DNA from: an uncultured Bdellovibrionales bacterium
GTDB lineage: Bacteria > Patescibacteriota > Minisyncoccia > Moranbacterales > GWC2-37-73
Assembly (NCBI GenBank): GCA_964609855.1
Contig: CAZSTB010000009.1
Span: forward strand, 1-54,946
Direction of reading: 5' to 3'
Length of the DNA stretch: 54,946 bases
Shown here piece by piece: positions 47,025 through 54,946 of this stretch. Below the pieces are notes generated by a model. It had not been told where the DNA came from, made no database searches, and saw only the letters and a list, made by a program, of their open reading frames with translations. The stretch's first letter is position 1. Each line of letters opens with the position of its first letter. The position numbers and the translations under genes were made by a program.

Positions 47025-47148
47025 TTTTAATTTTCAATTTTAAATTTAAAATTTTTAAACAGTTTCCAATTTCTAAATTACAAAATTTTTAAACATTTGC
47101 TTATTTGAATTTCATTTCAAATTTCAAATTAAAAAATTTCAAATTTTT
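47025..47148. repeat. 7-nt-period AATTT(C/T)A tracts immediately upstream of dnaE
   Basis: aattttc aatttta aatttaa aattttt ... atttcaa atttcaa attaaaaaatttcaaattt. Confidence 0.6.
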
Positions 47149-47150
47149 TC

Positions 47151-50100
47151 ATGAAATATACTCACCTCCACGTTCACTCTCACTATTCCCTCCTTGATGG
47201 ACTTGGCAAAGTCGATGACCTTATTGATCGCGCCCTGGAAATGGGAATGGATAGCATTGCCCTAACCGATCATGGAGTGATGTATGGGGCGGTGGAATTA
47301 TTCATCAAGGCAAAAGAAAAAGGAATCAAGGCTATCATTGGATGCGAAATGTATATAACACCTAATGACCTGACGAGCAAAAATCCTACAGCGGAAGATC
47401 GCAAGCGTCATCATTTAATCCTCTTGGTGAAAGATGATGAGGGCTATCACAATCTCATGAAACTTGTTTCCATTGCACATCTCGATGGTTTCTACTACAA
47501 ACCTCGTATCGACCGCAAGGTGCTAAGAAAATACAGCAAGGGACTTATTGGACTCAGCGCCTGTGTGGAGGGAGAAATTCCTGCTCAAATCGTCATGGGT
47601 AATTACGATAAAGCTAAGGAGCTCGCCTTGGAATACAAGGATATTTTTGATAAGGATGGTTTTTTTCTGGAGGTTCAAAGTCATCCTAATTTCCCAAACC
47701 AAGCAATTGCTAATGAGGGAATATTTAAGCTTGCCAAGGAAGTTGATCTGCCAGTAGTTGCAACTTGCGACGTCCATTATGTAAATAAAGAAGATGCCAG
47801 CGCCCAAGATATTCTCCTTTGCGTACAAACTAACCGTAAAGTATATGAGCCAGATCGCATGAATCTTATGGATTTTGATTTATCACTGCGTTCACCTGAG
47901 GAAATCTTAGCTGGATTTCCCAATAATCCTGAAGTTTTATCAAACACGCAATTAGTAACCGACCAATGCAACTTCAAACTTAAATTAGGCGAGACGCAGC
48001 TTCCACATTTTGATGTACCGGAAGGATTTAATCCGAATTCCTACTTGAGGCATCTTTGCGAAGAAGGCTTGAAAAAACGTTACGGGACAGAAATCACTAA
48101 AATACATCGTGAAAGAATGGAGTATGAACTTTCTGTTATCGAAAAATGCGGCTATGATGCCTACTTCTTAATCGTGCAGGATTTCGTAAACTGGGCAAAA
48201 AATAATGGCATCGTTTGCGGTCCCGGCAGAGGAAGCGCAGCTGGCAGCTTCGTGTCATATCTAACCGGAATTACCAATGTCGATCCGATAGTTTACGATT
48301 TACTCTTTGAAAGATTTTTGAATCCAGAGAGAGTATCCATGCCCGATGTCGATATGGATTTTGCTGATGACCATCGTGAGGACGTGCTCAATTATGTCAG
48401 ACAAAAATATGGCAATGACCATGTTTCGCAGATCATCACTTTTGGAACAATGGCAGCGCGCGCAGCAATCCGCGACACCGGACGCGCCCTTGGTTTCCCT
48501 TACGATTTTTGCAACAAGACCTCCCAGATGATTCCGATGTTTTCCTCAATCAAGAAAGCTTTAGAAGAAGTTCCGGAATTCAAGGAACATTATGGCTCAG
48601 GTGCGGATGCAAAGAAATTGATTGATAGTGCGATGCGCCTGGAAGGTGTTGTTAGGCATGCTGGCATGCACGCCTGCGGCGTCGTTATCACCAAAGAGCC
48701 AGTTACACATTACTCGCCAATTCAAAATATCACAGGATCGCGAGAAGGAACCGTGACGCAATATTCTTCCTCAACTAAATCGTCTTACGTTGAAAAAATC
48801 GGTCTGCTAAAAATGGATTTTTTGGGGCTGAAGAATCTTACTATTATCCAAAATACTCTTCGCATCGTAAAAAAGACTAAAGGTATAGATATTGATATCG
48901 ACACCATTCCAATTGATGATGCAAAAGCCTATGAGCTTTTACAGCAGGCTCATACAACAGGCGTCTTCCAGTTGGAAAGTTCCGGCATGAAAAGATACTT
49001 GAAACTTTTAAAACCCACCGTCATCGAAGACATTATTGCTATGGTTGCGCTTTATCGTCCTGGACCTATGGATTGGATTCCTGATTTTATTTCCGGAAAA
49101 CATGGCAGAAAAATTAAATACGTACATCCAAAACTTGAGCCGATCCTAAAAAACACTTACGGCGTTGCAGTATATCAAGAACAAGTGATGCAAATTGCTC
49201 GCGACCTGGCCGGCTTCACTATGGGTGAGGCAGATGTGCTCAGAAAAGCTATGGGCAAAAAGATTTTGGATCTTATTCAGGAACAAAAAATTAAGTTCGT
49301 AGAGGGCTGCATCACGAACGGATCAACCAAAGAAATTGCGGAAAAAGTTTTCTCTTTTATTGAACCTTTTGCTGGTTATGGCTTCAACCGCTCTCATGCT
49401 GCATGCTATGGAATCATTGGGTATCAAACAGCATATTTAAAGGCACATTATCCTGCCGCATTCATGGCCGCGTTACTAACTTCCGACCAAGACAATATTG
49501 ATCGCATCGCCATCGAAGCCGCTGAATGCAGAGATATCGGAATTGAAGTATTGGCACCAGACGTAAATGAAAGTTTTGAAGATTTTGCCGTTATCACAGA
49601 AGATGACGGATCACAGCGAATCCGCTTCGGATTCAATGCCATTAAAAATGTTGGTCACGTAATTGCGCATGAAATTGTGGAAGAAAGAAAACGCGGAGGA
49701 AAATTTAAATCGCTTGGCGATTTTCTTGAACGCGTGCAAACCAAGGATCTTAACAAGAAATCTATCGATGCACTTGCTAAAGTTGGCGCACTGGATAAAC
49801 TTGGCGAAAGAAACCAGATTATTGAGAGCATGGAACAGATCTTGATGTTTACTAAGAATGTTCAAAAACAAAAAAATTCTAACCAGGTAAGTTTATTTGG
49901 CGAAGCGATTCTAGAGACACCGACAGTTCCCTTGCTTGAAGTTGAACCAGCGACAAAACGTCAACAACTTCAATGGGAAAAAGAACTTCTCGGCCTCTAT
50001 GTTAGTGGTCACCCAGTTAAGGAATATCAAAGCTACATCAATAAAGTTGCCACACCCCTAAACGAGTTATCGAAAGAACTAGTTGGACAAAAAATTACTG

Positions 50101-50750
50101 TCGGAGGCGTCATTCAAAAAATACAGAAAATTCTCACCAAAAGACAGGAAACTATGCTTTTCGTAATGATGGAAGACACACTCGGAAAAATCGAAGCCTT
50201 GGTTTTTCCTAAAGTCTTGGAAAAAATTGCCAGCGTTTGGGAGGAAGAAAAAATGGTCATTGTTGATGGCAGACTTTCCGACAAAGATGGCGTGTACAAA
50301 CTCATAGTTGACGATGCAAAAGAATTAAACCGCGGAGAGATTGAAAATTTCATGCGAGTTGAAGCCACTAAGAAAGCTTACGGCAACAATGAAAGCGCTG
50401 AACATCAGAAGGATGATGACCATCAAAATCCTACCGGCGGCTCAGCAGTTGCCTCCACGCAACCCTATCCCTCAAATGATTTTTCAGCTGATCAGCCACT
50501 TCCCAGTATTTCAGCCAAACAATTCGAGCAGGATATTGCCAAATTAATAATAACGCTTCCTGCTAGTGCAACGTCTGATATGATTCATAAACTTTCAGGA
50601 ATCTTTAATAACTGCCAGGCTGGACCATGCAAGATTTTCTTGCATCACCAGGATAATAAATTAGAAACACCGTTTTCAATCGAACAGCATCCAACATTGC
50701 TTGAAGAAATTAAAGCTATCATACAAGGTGGCAGTATAGAATTGGCTTAA
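47151..50750 (+). CDS. dnaE: DNA polymerase III alpha subunit
   Basis: HLHVHSHYSLLDG PHP domain, GPGRGSAAGS, PDVDMD, YGFNRSH; no intein seen. Confidence 0.98.
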   Translation: MKYTHLHVHSHYSLLDGLGKVDDLIDRALEMGMDSIALTDHGVMYGAVELFIKAKEKGIKAIIGCEMYITPNDLTSKNPTAEDRKRHHLILLVKDDEGYHNLMKLVSIAHLDGFYYKPRIDRKVLRKYSKGLIGLSACVEGEIPAQIVMGNYDKAKELALEYKDIFDKDGFFLEVQSHPNFPNQAIANEGIFKLAKEVDLPVVATCDVHYVNKEDASAQDILLCVQTNRKVYEPDRMNLMDFDLSLRSPEEILAGFPNNPEVLSNTQLVTDQCNFKLKLGETQLPHFDVPEGFNPNSYLRHLCEEGLKKRYGTEITKIHRERMEYELSVIEKCGYDAYFLIVQDFVNWAKNNGIVCGPGRGSAAGSFVSYLTGITNVDPIVYDLLFERFLNPERVSMPDVDMDFADDHREDVLNYVRQKYGNDHVSQIITFGTMAARAAIRDTGRALGFPYDFCNKTSQMIPMFSSIKKALEEVPEFKEHYGSGADAKKLIDSAMRLEGVVRHAGMHACGVVITKEPVTHYSPIQNITGSREGTVTQYSSSTKSSYVEKIGLLKMDFLGLKNLTIIQNTLRIVKKTKGIDIDIDTIPIDDAKAYELLQQAHTTGVFQLESSGMKRYLKLLKPTVIEDIIAMVALYRPGPMDWIPDFISGKHGRKIKYVHPKLEPILKNTYGVAVYQEQVMQIARDLAGFTMGEADVLRKAMGKKILDLIQEQKIKFVEGCITNGSTKEIAEKVFSFIEPFAGYGFNRSHAACYGIIGYQTAYLKAHYPAAFMAALLTSDQDNIDRIAIEAAECRDIGIEVLAPDVNESFEDFAVITEDDGSQRIRFGFNAIKNVGHVIAHEIVEERKRGGKFKSLGDFLERVQTKDLNKKSIDALAKVGALDKLGERNQIIESMEQILMFTKNVQKQKNSNQVSLFGEAILETPTVPLLEVEPATKRQQLQWEKELLGLYVSGHPVKEYQSYINKVATPLNELSKELVGQKITVGGVIQKIQKILTKRQETMLFVMMEDTLGKIEALVFPKVLEKIASVWEEEKMVIVDGRLSDKDGVYKLIVDDAKELNRGEIENFMRVEATKKAYGNNESAEHQKDDDHQNPTGGSAVASTQPYPSNDFSADQPLPSISAKQFEQDIAKLIITLPASATSDMIHKLSGIFNNCQAGPCKIFLHHQDNKLETPFSIEQHPTLLEEIKAIIQGGSIELA

Positions 50751-50755
50751 GAGCC

Positions 50756-50784
50756 TTGACTTCAAAGCTGTTTTTAGTTATATT
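50756..50784 (+). promoter_or_regulatory. thrS promoter
   Basis: TTGACT-17nt-TATATT. Confidence 0.7.
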
Positions 50785-50790
50785 AAGCGT

Positions 50791-50970
50791 ACAATCTATT
50801 AGGTTATGGAGTACCGACCCATTAACAAAACCTTCGCTTAAGCAGCTTGCGAACAAGCGCACAAAGTGCCCAAATAATACGGGAAGTTGAGTGGAACCGC
50901 TATGGTGTTAATCATAGTCTCAATGCAGGAAATTTTATTTCCTATCGTATATTGTTTGTGGCTTTTATTA
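50791..50970 (+). promoter_or_regulatory. Compact T-box riboswitch (Thr)
   Basis: AAGTTGAG-TGGAACC-GC...GT-CTCAA antiterminator with 7-nt UGGN bulge; upstream of thrS; UGGA matches the U discriminator of both tRNA-Thr in this window. Confidence 0.8.
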
Positions 50971-50987
50971 TTTAAAAATTCATTTAT

Positions 50988-51057
50988 TAGTTAACGAGTT
51001 TGGCGAGTTAACGAGTTATTCCAAAACACGTTAACACGTAACGCGTTAATAATTAAC
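50988..51057. repeat. Inverted 8-nt-period GTTAACGA tracts before thrS
   Basis: gttaacga gtttggcga gttaacga gtt ... aacac gttaacac gtaacgc gttaat. Confidence 0.7.
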
Positions 51058-51058
51058 C

Positions 51059-52792
51059 ATGGAAAATATAAACAATCTTAATCTCTTAAGACATTCCACA
51101 GCCCATATCCTCGCTGCTGCTGTTTTGGAAATGCTTCCTGAGGCAAAATTCGGCATCGGACCGGCAGTGGAAAATGGATTTTATTACGACTTTGAACTTC
51201 CTCGCACCCTGATCCCAGAGGACCTTCCTTTGCTTGAAGAAAAGATGAAGGAAATCATCAAGGCAAATCATGTCTTTGAAAAAGCCGAGGTTTCCGTTGA
51301 TGAAGCCATGGAAAAATTCAAACAACTTGACCAGACATTGAAGCAGGAGCTGATAGATGATCTGCGCAAACAAGGAAATGAAACTGTGACCATCTATAAG
51401 TCAGGAAATTTCGTCGATCTTTGTTCTGGACCGCATATTGAATCCGCCGGAAAAATAAATCTGAAAGCGTTCGCTCTTACAAAAATTTCAGGAGCATATT
51501 GGAAAGGAGACGCCAACAACAAACAACTGCAAAGAGTTTATGGCGTTGTCTTCAATGACAAGCAAGGACTTGCTGAATACAAACTTCAACAAGAAGAAGC
51601 AGCTAAGCGCGATCACAAAAAACTTGGACGTGAATTGGATTTATTTTCTTTTCATTCAGAAGCACCGGGTAGCGCATTTTGGCATCCAAAAGGAATGGTC
51701 ATCTGGAACGAATTGGAACAATTTGGAAAATATCTACGAAAAAAATATGGCAGTCTTGAAATACAAACGCCTCAATTAGCAAAAAATACTCTTTGGAAAA
51801 CTTCTGGCCATTGGGATCATTATAAGAATGACATGTTTTCTTTTGATGTGGATAATGAAACTTTTTGCCTTAAGCCGATGGATTGTCCTTTTAATATAAA
51901 AATATATCAAACGCAACAAAGATCCTATAAAGATTTACCTATCCGCTTTACTGAGATCGGCAGAGTCATGCGAAATGAAAAATCAGGGGAATTAAATGGA
52001 CTATTGCGAGTACGTTCCATAACACAAGATGATGCACATATCTTCGCTATGGAATCTCAAATAAAAGAAGAAATTACTTCTCTGTTAAAAATGGTAAAGG
52101 AATACTATAAAGTTTTTGCCATGGAACCAAAATTCTTTCTTTCCACAAGGCCAGAAGATTTCATGGGAGAAATTGCAACATGGAATCAAGCTGAAGCAGA
52201 TTTAAAAGATGCGCTAACAAGTGAGAATATCACTTTCAGACTAAAGGAAAAAGATGGCGCATTTTATGGTCCAAAAATAGACATCAATATAAATGATGCA
52301 CTTGGAAGATCATGGCAACTTGCAACTATTCAATTAGATTTTCAATTACCACAACGATTTGATCTTGAATATATTGATAATGAAGGAAAGAAAAAAACTC
52401 CAGTAATGATCCATGCCGCAATATTCGGTTCACTGGAGCGCTTTATTGGAATTTATCTTGAGCATACTGGAGGAAATATGCCACTTTGGCTCTCGCCTGT
52501 CCAAGTTGCGGTTCTTCCGATTTCAGAAAAATTCATCGACTATGCCAATGAGGTCAAAGCTAAACTTCTTGAAAATGATATTCGCGTGGAACTTTCAGAC
52601 AGAGCTGAATCTCTTGGCAAGCGAATCTCTGAAGCTGAAAAACAAAAGATTCCATATATTCTTGTGGTTGGTGAAAAAGAAACTACCGATAAAACTGTTG
52701 CTGTTAGAACGCGTGGAGTGAAAGAACAGCATACGTTGCCAATTTCCGAATTTATTGAAAAGATAACAAAAGAGATAAGGAATAAAGCATAA
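51059..52792 (+). CDS. thrS: Threonine--tRNA ligase (no N-terminal TGS domain)
   Basis: RHSTAH, DLCSGPH, KRDHKKLG, LKPMDCP, GSLERF. Confidence 0.98.
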   Translation: MENINNLNLLRHSTAHILAAAVLEMLPEAKFGIGPAVENGFYYDFELPRTLIPEDLPLLEEKMKEIIKANHVFEKAEVSVDEAMEKFKQLDQTLKQELIDDLRKQGNETVTIYKSGNFVDLCSGPHIESAGKINLKAFALTKISGAYWKGDANNKQLQRVYGVVFNDKQGLAEYKLQQEEAAKRDHKKLGRELDLFSFHSEAPGSAFWHPKGMVIWNELEQFGKYLRKKYGSLEIQTPQLAKNTLWKTSGHWDHYKNDMFSFDVDNETFCLKPMDCPFNIKIYQTQQRSYKDLPIRFTEIGRVMRNEKSGELNGLLRVRSITQDDAHIFAMESQIKEEITSLLKMVKEYYKVFAMEPKFFLSTRPEDFMGEIATWNQAEADLKDALTSENITFRLKEKDGAFYGPKIDININDALGRSWQLATIQLDFQLPQRFDLEYIDNEGKKKTPVMIHAAIFGSLERFIGIYLEHTGGNMPLWLSPVQVAVLPISEKFIDYANEVKAKLLENDIRVELSDRAESLGKRISEAEKQKIPYILVVGEKETTDKTVAVRTRGVKEQHTLPISEFIEKITKEIRNKA

Positions 52793-52852
52793 ATCCTTAG
52801 AAGTTAACTGAACAAAAAACATACCACCTATAAAGAGTTGCCAGTCAGCGTC

Positions 52853-52883
52853 TGGAGCTGCAAAATCCGCAGCTCCACTTTTT
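52853..52883 (+). terminator. Terminator after thrS
   Basis: TGGAGCTGC-aaaatcc-GCAGCTCCA followed by CTTTTT. Confidence 0.8.
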
Positions 52884-52900
52884 TAAATAAACCAAAGCAA

Positions 52901-53626
52901 ATGCGCCTCGATCAATTATTGGTAAATAAAAAAATCCTGCAATCACGGCAGCGCGCAAAGAACCTAATCGAAAGTAAGGGCGTTTTAGTGAGTGGAAAAA
53001 TTGCTGCAAGAGCAAGTGCTAATGTTTCGGAAGATGTGATTATAGAAATAATTGGCGAAGATATCCCCTGGGTTTCTCGCGCAGGCCTAAAACTCGAAAA
53101 GGCGCTAGCGCAATGGAACATTGACGTGCAAGGCATGGTTTGCGCTGATTTTGGAGCATGCACTGGAGGATTCACTGAGGTGCTACTAACCAATCATGCA
53201 GAGAAAGTCTACGCCATCGATGTTGGCCATGGCCAATTAGCTGAAAAATTAAAATTCGACTCGCGCGTAATAAATCTGGAAGGAACACATCTTAAAGCTG
53301 TCTCCCGTCAGACTTTCACAGAACCAGTAGATTTTGTTTGCATAGATGTTTCATTCATCTCGCTGGAAACAATCTTAAGAAAAGCACATGAGATACTTTC
53401 CCTAAACGGTCGCATCGTGGCACTCATCAAGCCTCAATTTGAAGTAGGCAAAAAACTTATCAAAAAAGGCATTGTAAGTGATCCCATTTTACACAAGCAA
53501 GCGATTGCGAAAATCAGAGAAATATCAAGCAACCTCTCACTTACAGAATTAGGTTTTTCTGATTCGCCTATTCTCGGAGGAAAAGGAAATAAGGAATTTT
53601 TAATTTATCTGGAAAAACATGAATAA
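52901..53626 (+). CDS. tlyA: TlyA-family rRNA 2'-O-methyltransferase
   Basis: MRLD S4 domain, VSRAGLKL, GACTGGFT, DVSFISL, LIKPQFE, GGKGNKE; start ATG 52901. Confidence 0.95.
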   Translation: MRLDQLLVNKKILQSRQRAKNLIESKGVLVSGKIAARASANVSEDVIIEIIGEDIPWVSRAGLKLEKALAQWNIDVQGMVCADFGACTGGFTEVLLTNHAEKVYAIDVGHGQLAEKLKFDSRVINLEGTHLKAVSRQTFTEPVDFVCIDVSFISLETILRKAHEILSLNGRIVALIKPQFEVGKKLIKKGIVSDPILHKQAIAKIREISSNLSLTELGFSDSPILGGKGNKEFLIYLEKHE

Positions 53627-54946
53627 AAAATATTATATCAAAACTTTTGGATGCCAAATGAATAGTTCTGATAGCGAACGAATTGCTGCTTTCCTGGAAA
53701 GCCACAAATTCGTTTTAGCAAAAAATATTGAAGCTGCTGATTTAGCAATTTTCAATACTTGCGGCATAAAGCAAACGGCAGAAAACCGCGCCTATAGTTT
53801 GATTAATAATCTACGCAAAGAAAATAAGGAGATTCAAATTATCCTAACAGGATGCCTCGCCAACCGCACTGATGTTCAAAAAAGGATGCAAAAATCCGTG
53901 AATCTCTTTTGTGAAATAAAAAACTTCCAAACTAAGTTGTTAACATTGATACAAAATACTAAATACCAAATACCAGCTACTAAAAATAATCTTAATCAGG
54001 AAAATATTTCTTATTTATCAATAGATCCAAAAAGGAATAACGATTTCACCGCCTATATCCCTGTCATGACTGGTTGCAATAATTTCTGCAGTTACTGCGT
54101 TGTTCCCTACGCTCGAGGTCGCGAGGTTTCACGTGACGCTGAAGAAATAATTTCTGAAGTAAAAAACCTGGTTTCAAATGGATATAGAAATATTATCTTG
54201 CTTGGGCAGAATGTGAATTCATATAACTCTCAAATCCATAAAGTGAAAGTTGAAGCAGTTAATTTCGCAACATTGCTAAAAAAATTAGATAAAATTCCAG
54301 GAAAATTTTGGCTATCATATGTTTCATCCCATCCCAAAGACATGAGCGATGAGCTCATCGAAACGACTGCAAAATGCAAGAAAGTTTGTGAATGGATTCA
54401 TCTGCCACTGCAAGCTGGCAACAATGAAGTTTTGAGAAAAATGAACAGAAAATATACGCATGAACATTACTTGAAACTGCTGAAAAAAATACGGAGCGAA
54501 TTTAGAAAACATAAACCCGAAATCCCCTTTTCAATCTCGTCTGATATCATCGTCGGTTTTCCAGGTGAAACCAAAAAACAATTCACTGACAGCGAAATGA
54601 TGATGGAAAAATGCAGATTTGACATGGTGTTTTTCGGACAATTCTCTCCCCGCCCAGGAACGAAAACTTGGGAGATGAAAGATAATGTTTCGCATGAAGA
54701 AAAAGAAAGGCGCGAGAATATTCTCAATGACATTCTTAAGAAAACCACTCTTGCAAATAATAAAAAATATGTTGGCGAAGTTTTGGAGGTTTTGATTGAA
54801 AAAGAAAAAGATGGCTTTTACTTTGGAAAAACCCGCACGCAAAAAAATGCAAAGATTGAACGCAAGAAAAAAGATTTGATTGGGTCATTTGCCAAAGTTG
54901 AAATAACCAAAGCCAATGTTTGGAATTTGGAAGGAATTTTGGGATA
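53619..54946 (+). CDS. miaB: tRNA methylthiotransferase MiaB (runs off window end; not in ORF track)
   Basis: Manual translation MNKKYYIKTFGCQMNSSDSE; NTCG; GCNNFCSYCVVPYARG radical-SAM motif; GQNVNSY; SDIIVGFPGET. Confidence 0.93.
   Translation, partial: MNKKYYIKTFGCQMNSSDSERIAAFLESHKFVLAKNIEAADLAIFNTCGIKQTAENRAYSLINNLRKENKEIQIILTGCLANRTDVQKRMQKSVNLFCEIKNFQTKLLTLIQNTKYQIPATKNNLNQENISYLSIDPKRNNDFTAYIPVMTGCNNFCSYCVVPYARGREVSRDAEEIISEVKNLVSNGYRNIILLGQNVNSYNSQIHKVKVEAVNFATLLKKLDKIPGKFWLSYVSSHPKDMSDELIETTAKCKKVCEWIHLPLQAGNNEVLRKMNRKYTHEHYLKLLKKIRSEFRKHKPEIPFSISSDIIVGFPGETKKQFTDSEMMMEKCRFDMVFFGQFSPRPGTKTWEMKDNVSHEEKERRENILNDILKKTTLANNKKYVGEVLEVLIEKEKDGFYFGKTRTQKNAKIERKKKDLIGSFAKVEITKANVWNLEGILG

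Noticed and set aside
50385-50535. Intein or mobile insertion in the dnaE C-terminus
   Set aside because: Short low-complexity linker with no intein splice motifs and no clear repeat or palindrome
52838-52900. N-terminal extension of tlyA in the ORF track
   Set aside because: Spans the thrS terminator; the canonical MRLD start is at 52901

Overview
AT-rich bacterial chromosome segment read in the standard genetic code. The gene set and style point to a Patescibacteria/CPR (Parcubacteria-like) genome; this is inferred, not shown. Supporting signs are the short EF-Ts, TGS-less ThrRS, mostly SD-less genes, stand-alone VirB4/VirD4-like ATPase and many GT2/GT4/GT39 genes. The window holds four complete tRNAs (Thr-TGT, Tyr-GTA, Thr-GGT, Trp-CCA) and about 45 CDS, mainly translation, replication and envelope genes. 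Three CDS are missing from the ORF track: rpmG, a 59-aa histone H1-like protein and a 3'-truncated miaB. No CRISPR, rRNA, transposase or prophage is visible. Most notable unexplained structure: (1) a ~350-nt highly structured non-coding element (17907-18264) closed by a 12-bp inverted repeat and flanked by two inward-facing sigma70 promoters; (2) a GIY-YIG nuclease plus ~110-nt hairpin cassette between tRNA-Tyr and tRNA-Thr, whose AGCGT...GAATGA core recurs in two other intergenic hairpins; (3) dispersed 7/8-nt-period, often palindromic repeat tracts that also sit in frame inside prmC, miaB and glycosyltransferase genes; (4) a miniature T-box riboswitch before thrS; (5) a five-gene operon of large charged proteins ending in a VirB4/VirD4-like ATPase; (6) a two-gene island with an rrn-type boxA leader. 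All structural calls were made by eye and need computational confirmation.
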